A stretch of DNA of 64,000 bases from an uncultured Gammaproteobacteria bacterium (GTDB taxonomy: Bacteria; Pseudomonadota; Gammaproteobacteria; Steroidobacterales; BM003), in contig CAWGLN010000006.1 in the NCBI GenBank assembly GCA_963823435.1, positions 69 through 64,068 of the forward strand, given 5' to 3'. Both the position numbers and the translations under genes were made by a program. Below, piece after piece: positions 10,598-21,374 of this stretch (positions within the stretch are counted from its first letter, which is position 1; every line of letters begins with the position of its first letter). The notes under the pieces are model-generated. The model saw only the letters and a program-made list of their open reading frames with translations, ran no database searches and had not been told where the DNA came from.

Positions 10598-11500
10598 ATG
10601 AGTAGAACCGTCGTCGTGACCGGATCCAGCTCCGGGTTTGGACGCATGGTGTCCGAACAACTCGCCCACGAGGGTTATCGGGTGTACGCCACCATGCGTG
10701 ACTGCGAGGGTAATAATGCCGATGTCAGACGCGAGCTGTTGGCGCTCGCGGCCGCCGAAGACCTGGACCTTCGGGTGCTGGAGATGGATGTTACTTCGAC
10801 ACATTCTGTGACCGCCGCAGCAACTACCGTGATCACCGAGTCTGGTGCGCCCAATGTCGTGATCAATAACGCGGGCCAGATGTACATGGGTTTGACCGAG
10901 GCTTTCAGTCCGGAGGAATTCACTCGTCAGCTGGATGTCAATGTAGTGGGGGTCCACCGTGTGAACCGGGCGTTTTTGCCGGAAATGCGTGAGTACGGTA
11001 ATGGCCTGATCATTAATGTGAGTTGCGGGGCCGGACGCGTTGCGCTGCCGTTTTTTGGCTTGTACCACGCCAGCAAGTGGGCTCTTGAGGGCTACACCGT
11101 GGCGATGCGTACGGAACTGGCAAGCTCCGGTGTCGACATGGTATTGCTCGAGCCCGGCCCTTTCGCAACAGAGTTGTTTTCCCAAACCCCGATACCCGAG
11201 GACTCGGACGGGCGCGCAGATAGCTATCCGCCGGTGGCGCTGCAGACTTTTGAGCAGATGAGCAGCACATTTCTGAAAGTGATGGAGAATCCAGGCCTGC
11301 CCAATGATCCTGGTCTGGTGGTTAAGCGGATGATTGAATTGATCGAGATGCAGCCAGGTAGCCGACCGCTACGCTGCCTGGTCGGTGTGAATTTTGGAAT
11401 TGAACGCCTCAATACCGCTGCCGCGGAGCATGATACGGGACTCAAGGAGTCCATGGGGATAACTGCATTTGCAAAGCTGGCGCCACGCAAGCCACACTGA
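10598..11500 (+). CDS. SDR family oxidoreductase
   Basis: TGSSSGFG, NNAG and YHASK motifs. Confidence 0.9.
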   Translation: MSRTVVVTGSSSGFGRMVSEQLAHEGYRVYATMRDCEGNNADVRRELLALAAAEDLDLRVLEMDVTSTHSVTAAATTVITESGAPNVVINNAGQMYMGLTEAFSPEEFTRQLDVNVVGVHRVNRAFLPEMREYGNGLIINVSCGAGRVALPFFGLYHASKWALEGYTVAMRTELASSGVDMVLLEPGPFATELFSQTPIPEDSDGRADSYPPVALQTFEQMSSTFLKVMENPGLPNDPGLVVKRMIELIEMQPGSRPLRCLVGVNFGIERLNTAAAEHDTGLKESMGITAFAKLAPRKPH

Positions 11501-11543
11501 CAGCACGCCGGGGCCGCAAAAAAATAGATGAGAGGGGAGTGCT

Positions 11544-11981
11544 ATGACGGAACAATCAACAAACCAGGTGCCGCGCTCGTTTTGGGTGATCGGCGCCGTC
11601 GCCCTGGTCTGGAATTTACTGGGCCTGATGGCCTATTTGATGCAGGTGACCATGGATGAGGCAACCCTGGCCACCATGTCGGCCGCCGACCGGGCAGTCT
11701 ACGAGTCGATGCCGACCTGGGTGGTCTCGGCTTTCGCCATCGCCGTTAACGCGGGTGTGCTGGCGAGTTTGTTGTTACTGCTGCGCAGAACATGGGCGGT
11801 ACCGGTTTTTGTTGTTTCGCTGGCAGCGGTCGTGGTGCAGGACGTGGGCGCCTTTTTCGTGGCCGGCGCCCTGGAAGGTAGGGGTGCAACCAGCGCTGTC
11901 ATGCCCCTGCTGGTGCTGCTGATCGGTGGCTACCTGGTTATTTATAGTCGCTCAGCGAAACAAAAAGGTTGGTTGCGCTAG
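11544..11981 (+). CDS. Hypothetical 4-TM membrane protein
   Basis: Four hydrophobic segments; FWVIGAVALVWNLLG...KQKGWLR. Confidence 0.7.
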   Translation: MTEQSTNQVPRSFWVIGAVALVWNLLGLMAYLMQVTMDEATLATMSAADRAVYESMPTWVVSAFAIAVNAGVLASLLLLLRRTWAVPVFVVSLAAVVVQDVGAFFVAGALEGRGATSAVMPLLVLLIGGYLVIYSRSAKQKGWLR

Positions 11982-12107
11982 GCAGGGATTCACGCCATCC
12001 AGAAAAGAATAAAGGGTCAGTACGCTATTTCGCTTTTTCCGCATGAGTCACGGCGGCACAACAGTATACTGCCCCCAATTCTCCTTCCTCCCTACCCTGG
12101 ATTGACT

Positions 12108-12793
12108 ATGAGGCATTGGACCCTGATCGAAGAGGCACCCATTCCGGGTAGCGGGCAGTTGCTCGGCTTGTATCGGAACAAGGATGATTTCTTCATCAAG
12201 ATATCCGGCAACAGTTCCGGTTCCCAGGACCTGATGAACACCCGGGTGCATGGTTCCGAGGACGCCTTGGGTGAGGCGCCTTGCAAGCGGCTGCGTAATC
12301 CCGACACAGCGCGCGTGCTGGTCGGGGGCCTGGGGATGGGTTTTACCCTGGCTGCCGCGCTTAGGCAGGTAGGACCCGATGCCGAGGTGACAGTGGCGGA
12401 GTTGGTCCCACAGGTGGTGGAATGGAATCGCGGACCGCTGGGTGAACACAGTGGCCGTCCGCTGGACGACCCCCGCACACGCATTCATGTGGGTGACGTG
12501 GCCAAGCTGATGCTGAAGAAGCGCGGGTACTTCGACGTGATTGCGCTGGATGTGGACAACGGACCCGAGGGTCTCACCAAGAGCGCGAACGACTGGCTCT
12601 ATAGCACCTCCGGCATCAGTGCCGCCCAGGATGCGCTCAGACCAGGTGGAGTCGTGGCTTACTGGTCAGCAGGGCAGGACGAGGATTTCACGATCGCCTC
12701 AGGTGCAGCGGCTTCGTGGTCGAGGAACTGGTGGTACGCGGATATGGCAACAAGGGCAGTCGTTACATCATCTGGCTGGCCAGCCTGGATTGA
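12108..12793 (+). CDS. Spermidine synthase-like SAM-dependent protein (frameshift near 12690)
   Basis: LMNTRVHGSE, VLVGGLGMGFT, LDVDNGP. Confidence 0.8.
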
Positions 12794-13054
12794 CGCGCGA
12801 GCACACATTCGGGGTCGAAGAAAGTCGTGCAGGAAATACGCCGGCGAGCTGGTGCTTCCCGCGAGCCAGCCACCAACTCTGCGTTGCAGGCGCTATGCAT
12901 ATTGAACCAGCGGAAGAACTATGTGACATTCGTCGCCGGGTCATGCGTCAATGCCTGGCACAGTGAGCGAAAATTTCCTTCTGCAGTGCAGCCAGTGATC
13001 GCGGGCCGTGGCGCATTGCAAATACACATTACCGGAGAATCCTGAACTTGCCTC

Positions 13055-13891
13055 ATGTCTAATATCCTCTGGCTGGCTTCATATCCAAAATCTGGCAACA
13101 CCTGGGTGCGCGCATTTTTGGCCAACCTGATAGCGGATGGTTCCGATCCTCTGCCGCTGGCGGAATTGTCGAACTATTGCAGGGACGAGGCGCTGCCGGA
13201 CTTGTATACGGCCATCTCCGGGCAACCGAGTACTGAGCTCGACGCCACCCAGCTGTGCGCCCTGCGGCCCCGGGTACATGCCCGGATCGCCGCCAGCCAG
13301 CCAGGCACCGTGCTGGTAAAAACGCATAATATGAACGGGAGTTTTGAAGGCCACCCACTGCACAACCCGGACGTCAGCGCCGGGGCAGTGTATGTGGTAC
13401 GCAATCCGCTGGATGTGGCCTTGAGTATGACCTATCACTTCGGGCTGGGTATTGATGAAGCGATAGATCGCCTGGCATCGGAAGAGCTGGCCACCGGAAA
13501 CGACGAGTTGTTCGTGACCCAGATACTCGGATCCTGGTCGACCCATGTAGCGAGCTGGGCTGATATGGCGGGTCCCGACATCGTGGTCGTACGCTACGAG
13601 GACATGCTGGAGAAGCCGCTCAAGGCTTTTGGCAAGATTGCCGGCCTGGTCGGCCTGGGCGACAACCGCAAACGCCTGGAACGGGCGATCCAGTTCTCCA
13701 GTTTTCAAAACCTGTCCAGGCTGGAACGACGGGACGGATTCAGCGAAGTGTCGGACAAGACCAAGCGGTTTTTCAGGAAGGGACGGGCCAATCAATGGCG
13801 TGAGGCGCTTGATCGCGACCAGGTGTCACGCATCGTGAACGCTCATCGCGAGCAAATGGCGCGCTTCAAATATGTTCCTCACGGCTATTAG
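13055..13891 (+). CDS. PAPS-dependent sulfotransferase (cytosolic SULT-like)
   Basis: 5'-PSB LASYPKSGNTW, KTH, 3'-PB RNPLDVALS, FFRKG. Confidence 0.9.
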   Translation: MSNILWLASYPKSGNTWVRAFLANLIADGSDPLPLAELSNYCRDEALPDLYTAISGQPSTELDATQLCALRPRVHARIAASQPGTVLVKTHNMNGSFEGHPLHNPDVSAGAVYVVRNPLDVALSMTYHFGLGIDEAIDRLASEELATGNDELFVTQILGSWSTHVASWADMAGPDIVVVRYEDMLEKPLKAFGKIAGLVGLGDNRKRLERAIQFSSFQNLSRLERRDGFSEVSDKTKRFFRKGRANQWREALDRDQVSRIVNAHREQMARFKYVPHGY

Positions 13892-14027
13892 CAATATTCC
13901 GGCGCCTGTGTGATTGTGCGATCATCGGGGTGCTTCCTTGTACCCGGGTGACCGCTACGTTGGCGGGCTTGCCAGAATCTGCGACCCTTGCCGGGGCAAG
14001 GGTGCCAGCTTGAACCGGAGAGCCTCC

Positions 14028-15218
14028 ATGTCACGTCTCTCAACACGTTGTCTGATTTTGCTAGCTTGCCTGGCGCCGCTGGCGTCGGTCACGGCGGAGG
14101 ACGCCCCGCCAAGACCTCGTGCCCGCGATATCGGCCTGGTGGTGGGTACCTTTCCTGCCGGTCCCATGAACGCCATCACCGACGTCTCCGATGTACGGGT
14201 CGGTCATGCCACCCGCATTGAGGGTGACGACATTCGTACCGGTGTCACCGCCATCATCCCCGGCCCCGGCAATCTTTACACCCATCCGGTACCCGCATGG
14301 ATCCATGTGGGCAACGGTTACGGCAAACTGATCGGTGAGACCCAGGTGCGGGAGTTCGGCGAGATCGAAACACCCATCCTGCTCACCTGCACCCTGTGTG
14401 TGTGGAGTGCGGCAAACGCCCTGAAGGAATGGGTGTACGAGCAGCCCGGCATGGGCGAACACACCGTGAATCCGGTGGTCGGCGAGACCAACGATTCGCG
14501 TGTAAACAATATGTGGGCCGATCCGATACAACGTGAGCAGGTGTTCGCCGCCCTGGATAACGCCAGCGACGGACCGGTGGAAGAGGGCAGTGTCGGCGCC
14601 GGCACCGGAACCCAGGCCTTTAGCTGGAAAGGCGGTATTGGCACCAGTTCACGGGTGCTGCCGAAGTCCCTGGGCGGCTATACCGTGGGCGTGTTGGTGC
14701 AGACAAACTTCGGCGGAACCCTGAGCATGAACGGCGCCCCGGTAGGGCGTGAGCTGGGCAGTTACGCCTATGACGATGAACTCGAGGCTGGTCCCAAGGG
14801 CGATGACAGGGAGGACGGCTCCATCATGATGGTGGTGGCCACCGATGCGCCCCTGAATGCCCGCAGCCTGGACCGCCTGGCCATGCGCGCCATCATGGGC
14901 CTGGCCCGCACCGGGTCTTTCGCGCACAACGGCTCGGGTGATTACGTGATCGCCTTCTCCACTGACCAGGGGGTTCGCAGGCCCCGTGAAAGCCGCCGGC
15001 CCGTGGTCACCCCCGAATTGGTAAACGAATCCATGTCGCCGCTGTTTGCTGCAACAGCCGAGGCTACCGAGGAGGCGATCTACAACGCCATCCTCAAGGC
15101 CACCACGGTGAGCAGCACGCGCGGAACGCTGGAGGCGCTGCCGCTGGAAGAAACAATTTCAATACTAAAAAAATACCAGGTACTACACTGGGACGAGACC
15201 TTGCCCCCCAATAATTAA
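14028..15218 (+). CDS. DmpA-like P1/S58 aminopeptidase, secreted
   Basis: Signal peptide; NAITDV, PVVGETND, GSVGAGTG, KGGIGTSSR, autoproteolysis site DG/SIMMVVATDAP. Confidence 0.9.
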   Translation: MSRLSTRCLILLACLAPLASVTAEDAPPRPRARDIGLVVGTFPAGPMNAITDVSDVRVGHATRIEGDDIRTGVTAIIPGPGNLYTHPVPAWIHVGNGYGKLIGETQVREFGEIETPILLTCTLCVWSAANALKEWVYEQPGMGEHTVNPVVGETNDSRVNNMWADPIQREQVFAALDNASDGPVEEGSVGAGTGTQAFSWKGGIGTSSRVLPKSLGGYTVGVLVQTNFGGTLSMNGAPVGRELGSYAYDDELEAGPKGDDREDGSIMMVVATDAPLNARSLDRLAMRAIMGLARTGSFAHNGSGDYVIAFSTDQGVRRPRESRRPVVTPELVNESMSPLFAATAEATEEAIYNAILKATTVSSTRGTLEALPLEETISILKKYQVLHWDETLPPNN

Positions 15219-15249
15219 AGAGGGCTGGAATTTCCCTGAGGAGCCAACG

Positions 15250-16447
15250 ATGTCTGCGAGAATCCTTTCCAACAAGATTGCCCGTCGGCTGTTCGCACTG
15301 GCCGTGGGTTTCCCGGTCATGCTGGCCCAGGCCGCACCCGACCTGTCTGTGACCAAGACGGTTGACAACCCGCAGCCTGGCGCCGGGCAACCCGTAGAAT
15401 TCACCATTGAACTGACCAACGTCGGACCCGACCCGGCCCTGGGCGCCCAGGTGCTGGATTTGCTGCCGACAGGAACGGCGATTCCTGATGGCGCGGCGGC
15501 ATTTCCCAGCGTGGGTGTCTACGACCCGGTGACGCGGCATATGGGCAGTGGGCGGGCTGGATCCCGCACAGGCCGCAGACGCTGGTGGTGCCTGCGATCA
15601 TTACCGAGGCCCAGCCACCCGCCTGTATCGTGAACAAGGCAATCGCCTCCGATCCCGGTGATACGAACTCCGATAACAATGTCGCCCTGGCCGCGTTACG
15701 CCAACCGGGGGTAGAGCGTTGCGTCGATGTCGCTGCGACATTCACGGAGGCATCTCTCCTGCAGACCGGCTGTGACACCATGGCGTACTACGTCAGGGTG
15801 AGCCTGTTAATGCGGGTCCCGATGCGGCCCGTGACGTCGTCGTGGCGTTTTCACAGGACCCGGTTGTTTCAACGGCGCTGGGATTTGACGACGCCGATTG
15901 CACCTATGTCCAGGATGGCAACTGTCATATTGACGAACTGCCGGCCGGGGTCGAACTGGAGTTGGTGGTCAGGGCGCCAGGGCTTCAGGTATCCCGGGTG
16001 CAAGCCCAGGATTTCACGGTGGCGGTATCGACCAGCGACGCGGATTATGATTCCTCGAATGATCTCGATGAAAGAGCTCTCGATACCGGTGTTTTTGTGG
16101 CCTGCCCAGACAACCCCATCAGTTCCGGGGGCATGGCGTGCTTCATCGCCACCGCCGCCTATGGCTCGGTGCTGGATCCTCACGTCGACAGCCTGCGGCG
16201 ATTTCGTGATCGCTACCTGATGACCCATTCACTGGGTCGCGATTTTGTGGCTTTCTATTATCGTCACTCGCCGCCGCTGGCTGATTTCATTGCCCAGCGA
16301 CCCTGGGCGCGTGCGACAGCGCGGGTGGTATTGTCTCCACTGGTGTTCGCCGTGGCGTATCCGATGCCCGCGCTGGCCCTGACCTTGTTCCTGCTGCTGG
16401 GTCTGTCATATCTGTGGATAGCGCGCCGACGGCGGTCACTTGAATAA
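15250..16447 (+). CDS. Secreted DUF11-domain protein with C-terminal CFI-box-CTERM (frameshifted)
   Basis: DLSVTKTVDNPQP...FTIELTNVGP, DTNSDNN; C-terminus GGMACFIATAAYGS...LRRFRDRYL...FYYRHSP, then TM helix and RRRR. Confidence 0.8.
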
Positions 16448-16519
16448 GGACGATCAATCGACAAAGGCGCCGGCTTGGGCCATGATCCGTCAAATTATTG
16501 ACAGGTTAGAAAAAGAATA

Positions 16520-18339
16520 ATGTCGCTGTTCCAGGAATTGAAAAGACGCAATGTATTCCGCGTGGGCATCGCCTACCTGATCACGGCCTGGCTGGTATTG
16601 CAGGTGTCAGGACGTGGTGCTGGGTAACATCGTCGCACCCGACTGGGTGTTCAAGACCATCTTGCTGATCTGCGCCCTGGGCGCACCGGTGGTGCTGCTG
16701 TTCGCCTGGGCCTTCGAGATGACGCCCGAGGGTCTGAAGCTGGAAAGAGACGTGGACCGCACCCGATCGGTCACTCATGTCACCGGCCGCAAGCTGGATC
16801 ACACGATCATTTTCGTCCTGGTATTGGCGGTGGGGTATTTTGCCGTCGACAAATTTCTTCTTGAAGATCCACGGCGGGCGCCCGCGGTGTCCTCGCTGCG
16901 GGAAGACACCCGGCACGCCGACAGTGCTGTGTCTGCCCTGTCCGCCGCAGGTGCAGTGCAGGCCGGCATGACCTCCATCGCGGTGCTGCCCTTCGTCAAC
17001 ATGAGCTCCGACCAAGAGAACGAGTACTTCAGCGACGGCATCTCCGAGGAATTGATCACCGTGCTTTCCAAGGTGTCAGGCGTTCCGGGTGGCAGGGCGC
17101 ACCTCGTCGTTCGCCTTCAAGGGCAAGAATGAACCCATCGGACCATCGGCGCGCAATTGGGTGTCGACGCCAGTGCTCGAGGGCAGTGTGGCGCAAGGCG
17201 GCAACCAGGTGCGCATCACGGCGCAGCTCGTCAAGGTCGCGGACGGGCTTTCACCTCTGGTCGGAAACCTATGACCGGGAGCTGACCGATGTGCTGGCGG
17301 TACAGGATGAGATTGCCGGTGCCGTGGTCAAGGAGCTGAAAGTCACCCTGCTGGGTGAGGAACAGGCGCCCACGCATGGCCCCGATTCACTGACGGGAAA
17401 TGCCGAGGCTTACAACGCTTACCTGCAAGGCCTTTTCTTCTGGAACCAGCTGGGGCCGGACAATCGCGCCCGGGCGGCGGAGCAATTCGAGCAGGCAGTG
17501 GCGCTGGTACCTGATTCCGCCCTGGCCTGGGCCATGCTGTCCCTGGCCGACACTAACTACGCAGCCCAGTCCTTTGATGGCGGACCCGCTGCCCTGGCCC
17601 GGGGCCGTGAGGCTGCCGCCAGGGCATTGGAGCTGGATGACACCGTGCCGGAAGCCCATTTGGCAATGGCCACCCTGGAGACCCTTTACGATTGGAACTG
17701 GACGGCCGTCGAGGCGGCGGTACAGCGCGCTCTGGCATTGAGACCGGGCGACGTCACGGCACGCAAGATGCTTGCCGGCTTGAGAGTTAATGCGGGCAAA
17801 TTCGGGGAAGCCAGGGAAATCCTCCTTGCCGCCCAACAGCAGGATCCTCTCGATCTGGGGATTGCCAGTTCCATTGGGGACGTCTTGTTTTACGCGGGTG
17901 AATACCCGGCGTCGGAGCAGGTTTACCTGGAACTACTGGCAAAGGATCCATTCCGGGCATTCAGTCGCTATGGTCTGGGCTGGTTAGTCATGAGCCAGGG
18001 GCGGCTGCAAGAGGCCCTGGAGTATTTTGAATCAGAGCCGGTACGCTTCGCGCGTTTTACGGGCTTGGCCGTTGTCCAGAACAAGCTGGGTAACCCGACG
18101 GCGGCGCAAGCAGCCCGGCAGGAACTGTGGGATGCCTACGGTGAAGCAGCCTCGTATCAGCAGGCGGCCGTGTATGCGGAGTGGGGACAGCCGGATGAGG
18201 CAATCACATGGCTGGAACGTGCCTATGCCGTGCGCGCGATCCGGGTCTGCCGCAAATGAAGGTAGAGCCGGCGTTCGCCTCTCTCGGGGAGTTGCCGGGA
18301 TTTGTTGCCTTGCTCAAAAAAATGAAACTCGCTGATTAA
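16520..18339 (+). CDS. ELKRR-anchor TolB-N-like/TPR protein, copy 1 (3 TM; frameshifted)
   Basis: [26 protein letters not shown], third TM TIIFVLVLAVGYFAV, SIAVLPFVNMS..EYFSDG, TPRs. Confidence 0.85.
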
Positions 18340-18416
18340 CCGGAAGCACCCGGAAAAAGCGGCCGGATACCTTTATCCGCATCTGGCTCGTGCTCCGGAC
18401 CCAGCCTGCCCCGGCC

Positions 18417-19203
18417 TCACTGCACGGCGATGAACACCATGGTCATCGCTGCGTCACCCGCGTTGACCAATTCAAGTTCCTGGCCGGGTTCGACCACCAC
18501 GAATTCACCCGCTGAGTGCATGCCCGTGTCTTCACTGCCGGTTAACCGAATTCGCGCGCTACCGGGGCTGGTTTGTACGACCACCACCGGGTGGCGCGGG
18601 CGACTTGATAAAGGCGGACTTCCCGGGTGCGACACTGGCTCGTGACTGCTGGAACCAGGCATTCTGGATTTCTGCCTCACCGGGCAGCCCATCCGCAAGC
18701 GTGTCGCTGTCGGGACGGGGACGCTTGTTCGCCACACCAATCAGGCGAAACAGGTTGCTGCCAACATTCTTGACCCGGTGAACCAGCGGTTTTTCTGCGT
18801 AACTGATATTCGTATCCACTTCACCCGGTAACCAGGCGGGCGCTTCGAAGGCGCGGGCCCCCAGCCATTCCCCGCCCAGCACCTGGGCGTCGGTGACCGA
18901 GGAGGAAACCGCCACGTAGAACATGGGTGCGTCGTGCAGGTGAAACAGGGTGGTGTCGCCGGGCGGGAAGCTGATATCCAGGACCTGGAATCCGTCGCCC
19001 TGGTAGACCAGCTGATGGCGGGGCTCCTTGTCCATCTCGACCACACCGTCCTCGCCGGGCGTGGGCCGGGTGCGGGCCTCTTGCACCTGGGGCGGCGGGG
19101 CGTTGGGGGTTTCGGGTGGATGCTGCGGCAGGGCGGCGCCATACAATGGCAGGGCGCAAAGCATCGCTGCCATCGGGCCGGATACTCTCTTGAACATCCT
19201 CAT
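18417..19203 (-). CDS. Secreted cupin-fold protein, probably two cupin-like domains (frameshift near 18590)
   Basis: Signal peptide; EPRHQLV...PPGDTTLFHLH...HRVKNVG. Confidence 0.6.
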
Positions 19204-19480
19204 GGTTCCTCCACTCTGCAAATCAGGTCAGCGGAACTGGCGCTCCACCGAACGTCTTTGGCGCATGTCCCGTTCACCCGTGTGGGGCGTCCCCGGTCCG
19301 GCGCAGCAGCAGCGCCGGATTTCTGCAAAGAGTATCAATGTTTCGGGACCGGTGCGCCACCTGTCTTCTTAAACAGGCCGGATACACAATCCGGTTTCTC
19401 CCACCCGGTCCCGGCATCGACAAGGCGCAGTGGATCGGCCATCATCTGCGCATAATCATGATAAGCAGACATTATCCGCC

Positions 19481-21298
19481 ATGAGCTTCTTCTCCGAACT
19501 CAAACGTCGCAACGTCATCCGTGTGGGGATGTTGTACCTGGTTGGCGCCTGGTTGTTGCTCCAGGCCACCGACGTGCTGTCCTCCATCCTGCCGGTGCCG
19601 GACTGGACCGGATCCCTGGTGTTCCTGCTGCTGGCCATCGGATTTCTTCCCGCCCTGGTGTTTGCCTGGGTCTATGAGCTGACCCCCGAGGGCATCAAGC
19701 GCGAGCAGGACGTTCCGCGGGAGATCTCGGTGACCGCGGCCACGGCCCATCGTCTGAACATGACCATCGCCATACTGCTGGTGCTGGCCATCGCCAGCGT
19801 GGGTCTGAATCGCTTTCTGCCTCGCGCCGATCAGCAATCTACCGCGCCGATTGCGGCCGCGCCGGATGCAAAGCCTGCAGACTCGCGGGTCTCCATTGCC
19901 GTGCTGCCGTTCATGGACTTGAGCGCCGAGGAGGATCAGCGCTATTTCACCGACGGCATCTCCGAGGAATTATTGAACGTGCTGGTAAGGGTGGATGGTC
20001 TGCGGGTGGCATCACGTACCTCGTCCTTCGGCTACCGCGGCAGCACCCAGAATGTGCCCACCATCGCGAAAGAGCTCGGAGTGGGCTATGTGCTGGAAGG
20101 CAGCGTACGCAAGGACGGTTACCGTATCCGGATTACCGCCCAGCTTATCGAGGCCGAGACCGATGAGCACCTCTGGTCTGCCAATTTTGACCGGGAGCTG
20201 AAGGATATTTTTACCATCCAGGACGAGATCGCAAATTCCATCGTGGATTCGCTTGTGGATAAACTTGGGGTAGAGAAAGTCGCCAAAATGGTGACGGTGG
20301 TGCCGGCCACCGAGAACCTGGATGCTTACCAGTTGTACCTGCAGGGCAGGGACTTGTTCCAGCGCCGGACCAGGCTGGATTTATGCATCTCCTTGTATGA
20401 ACAGGCCATTGCCCTGGATCCCGCCTTTGCCAGGGCCTGGGAAGGGCTGGCCGCAGTTGAGGCCATCTACACAGACTGGAATGACGACGACGGTATCGAT
20501 CATCTGGGCAAGGCCATCAAGGCGGCAAACCGGGCGATTGAGCTGGATCCCAGCCTGTCAATGCCACACGCGGTGAAGGCGCTGATAGAGTTTAACTTTA
20601 TAGGAAAAGGCGATTACATCCAGGCTTGGAAGGACTTTGACCAGGCTGTGAAGAACGATCCCAAGAATGCCACGGTACGCTTGTGGCGTGGAATCATGCT
20701 GCGCAATGCGGGCTATTTCGACGCCGCCATCGAAGACCTGGAAATCTGCCTGGAGCTTGACCCGGCATACCTGAATTGTCGGCAACACCTGGCAACTCTT
20801 TACCTGGCCAAGGGTGACGAGGACCGCGCCATTGCTGAATTTGAGACCACCCTTGCAGCGAACTTTCATTCTATCGATGAGGTGTTTGTTCCTGTGTATG
20901 TGCGGCGTGGCCAGCGCCTGACGGCCCTGCTGATCGCCTCGGGACGTGCGGAATTTAACTCCCATGCACCGGTGGAAGAGTGGATAAAGGCGATTGAGAA
21001 TCCCGATGAGGATCACAGTGCCCAGATTGCCCATTTTGAACAATGGGCCGAAACGACCGGACATACGTACGGATTTGGCGCCTTTATCCGGCTTGCATTC
21101 AAGCAGTACGACAAGCTGGCCGGCGGAGGCGCGTGGAACACTTATGAAATGATCTGGACCCAGGATGCGGCAGAGTATCGACAGACCGAGTATTTTCAGA
21201 AGTTGATCCGCGAATCCGGAATCCTGACATTGTGGCAGGAAAAGGGTTTTCCCGCCCAGTGCCAGCCCGTGGGTAACGACGGCTTCCGCTGTAATTAA
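19481..21298 (+). CDS. ELKRR-anchor TolB-N-like/TPR protein, copy 2 (3 TM)
   Basis: Intact ORF; MSFFSELKRRNVIRV, SIAVLPF, TPRs, C-terminus GFPAQCQPVGNDGFRCN. Confidence 0.9.
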   Translation: MSFFSELKRRNVIRVGMLYLVGAWLLLQATDVLSSILPVPDWTGSLVFLLLAIGFLPALVFAWVYELTPEGIKREQDVPREISVTAATAHRLNMTIAILLVLAIASVGLNRFLPRADQQSTAPIAAAPDAKPADSRVSIAVLPFMDLSAEEDQRYFTDGISEELLNVLVRVDGLRVASRTSSFGYRGSTQNVPTIAKELGVGYVLEGSVRKDGYRIRITAQLIEAETDEHLWSANFDRELKDIFTIQDEIANSIVDSLVDKLGVEKVAKMVTVVPATENLDAYQLYLQGRDLFQRRTRLDLCISLYEQAIALDPAFARAWEGLAAVEAIYTDWNDDDGIDHLGKAIKAANRAIELDPSLSMPHAVKALIEFNFIGKGDYIQAWKDFDQAVKNDPKNATVRLWRGIMLRNAGYFDAAIEDLEICLELDPAYLNCRQHLATLYLAKGDEDRAIAEFETTLAANFHSIDEVFVPVYVRRGQRLTALLIASGRAEFNSHAPVEEWIKAIENPDEDHSAQIAHFEQWAETTGHTYGFGAFIRLAFKQYDKLAGGGAWNTYEMIWTQDAAEYRQTEYFQKLIRESGILTLWQEKGFPAQCQPVGNDGFRCN

Positions 21299-21374
21299 AG
21301 GCGCCGTGTATAGTCGAGTCGCATTATGAGCCTGCGCCATCATCAGTCAAAAAACAGGGACGGATAAAATAAGG

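Noticed and set aside
8434-11981. Integron cassette array (run of short co-oriented genes such as DUF3224, TfoX, DUF1294)
   Set aside because: I found no recurring attC structure (RYYYAAC...GTTRRRY) between the genes and no integrase in the window.
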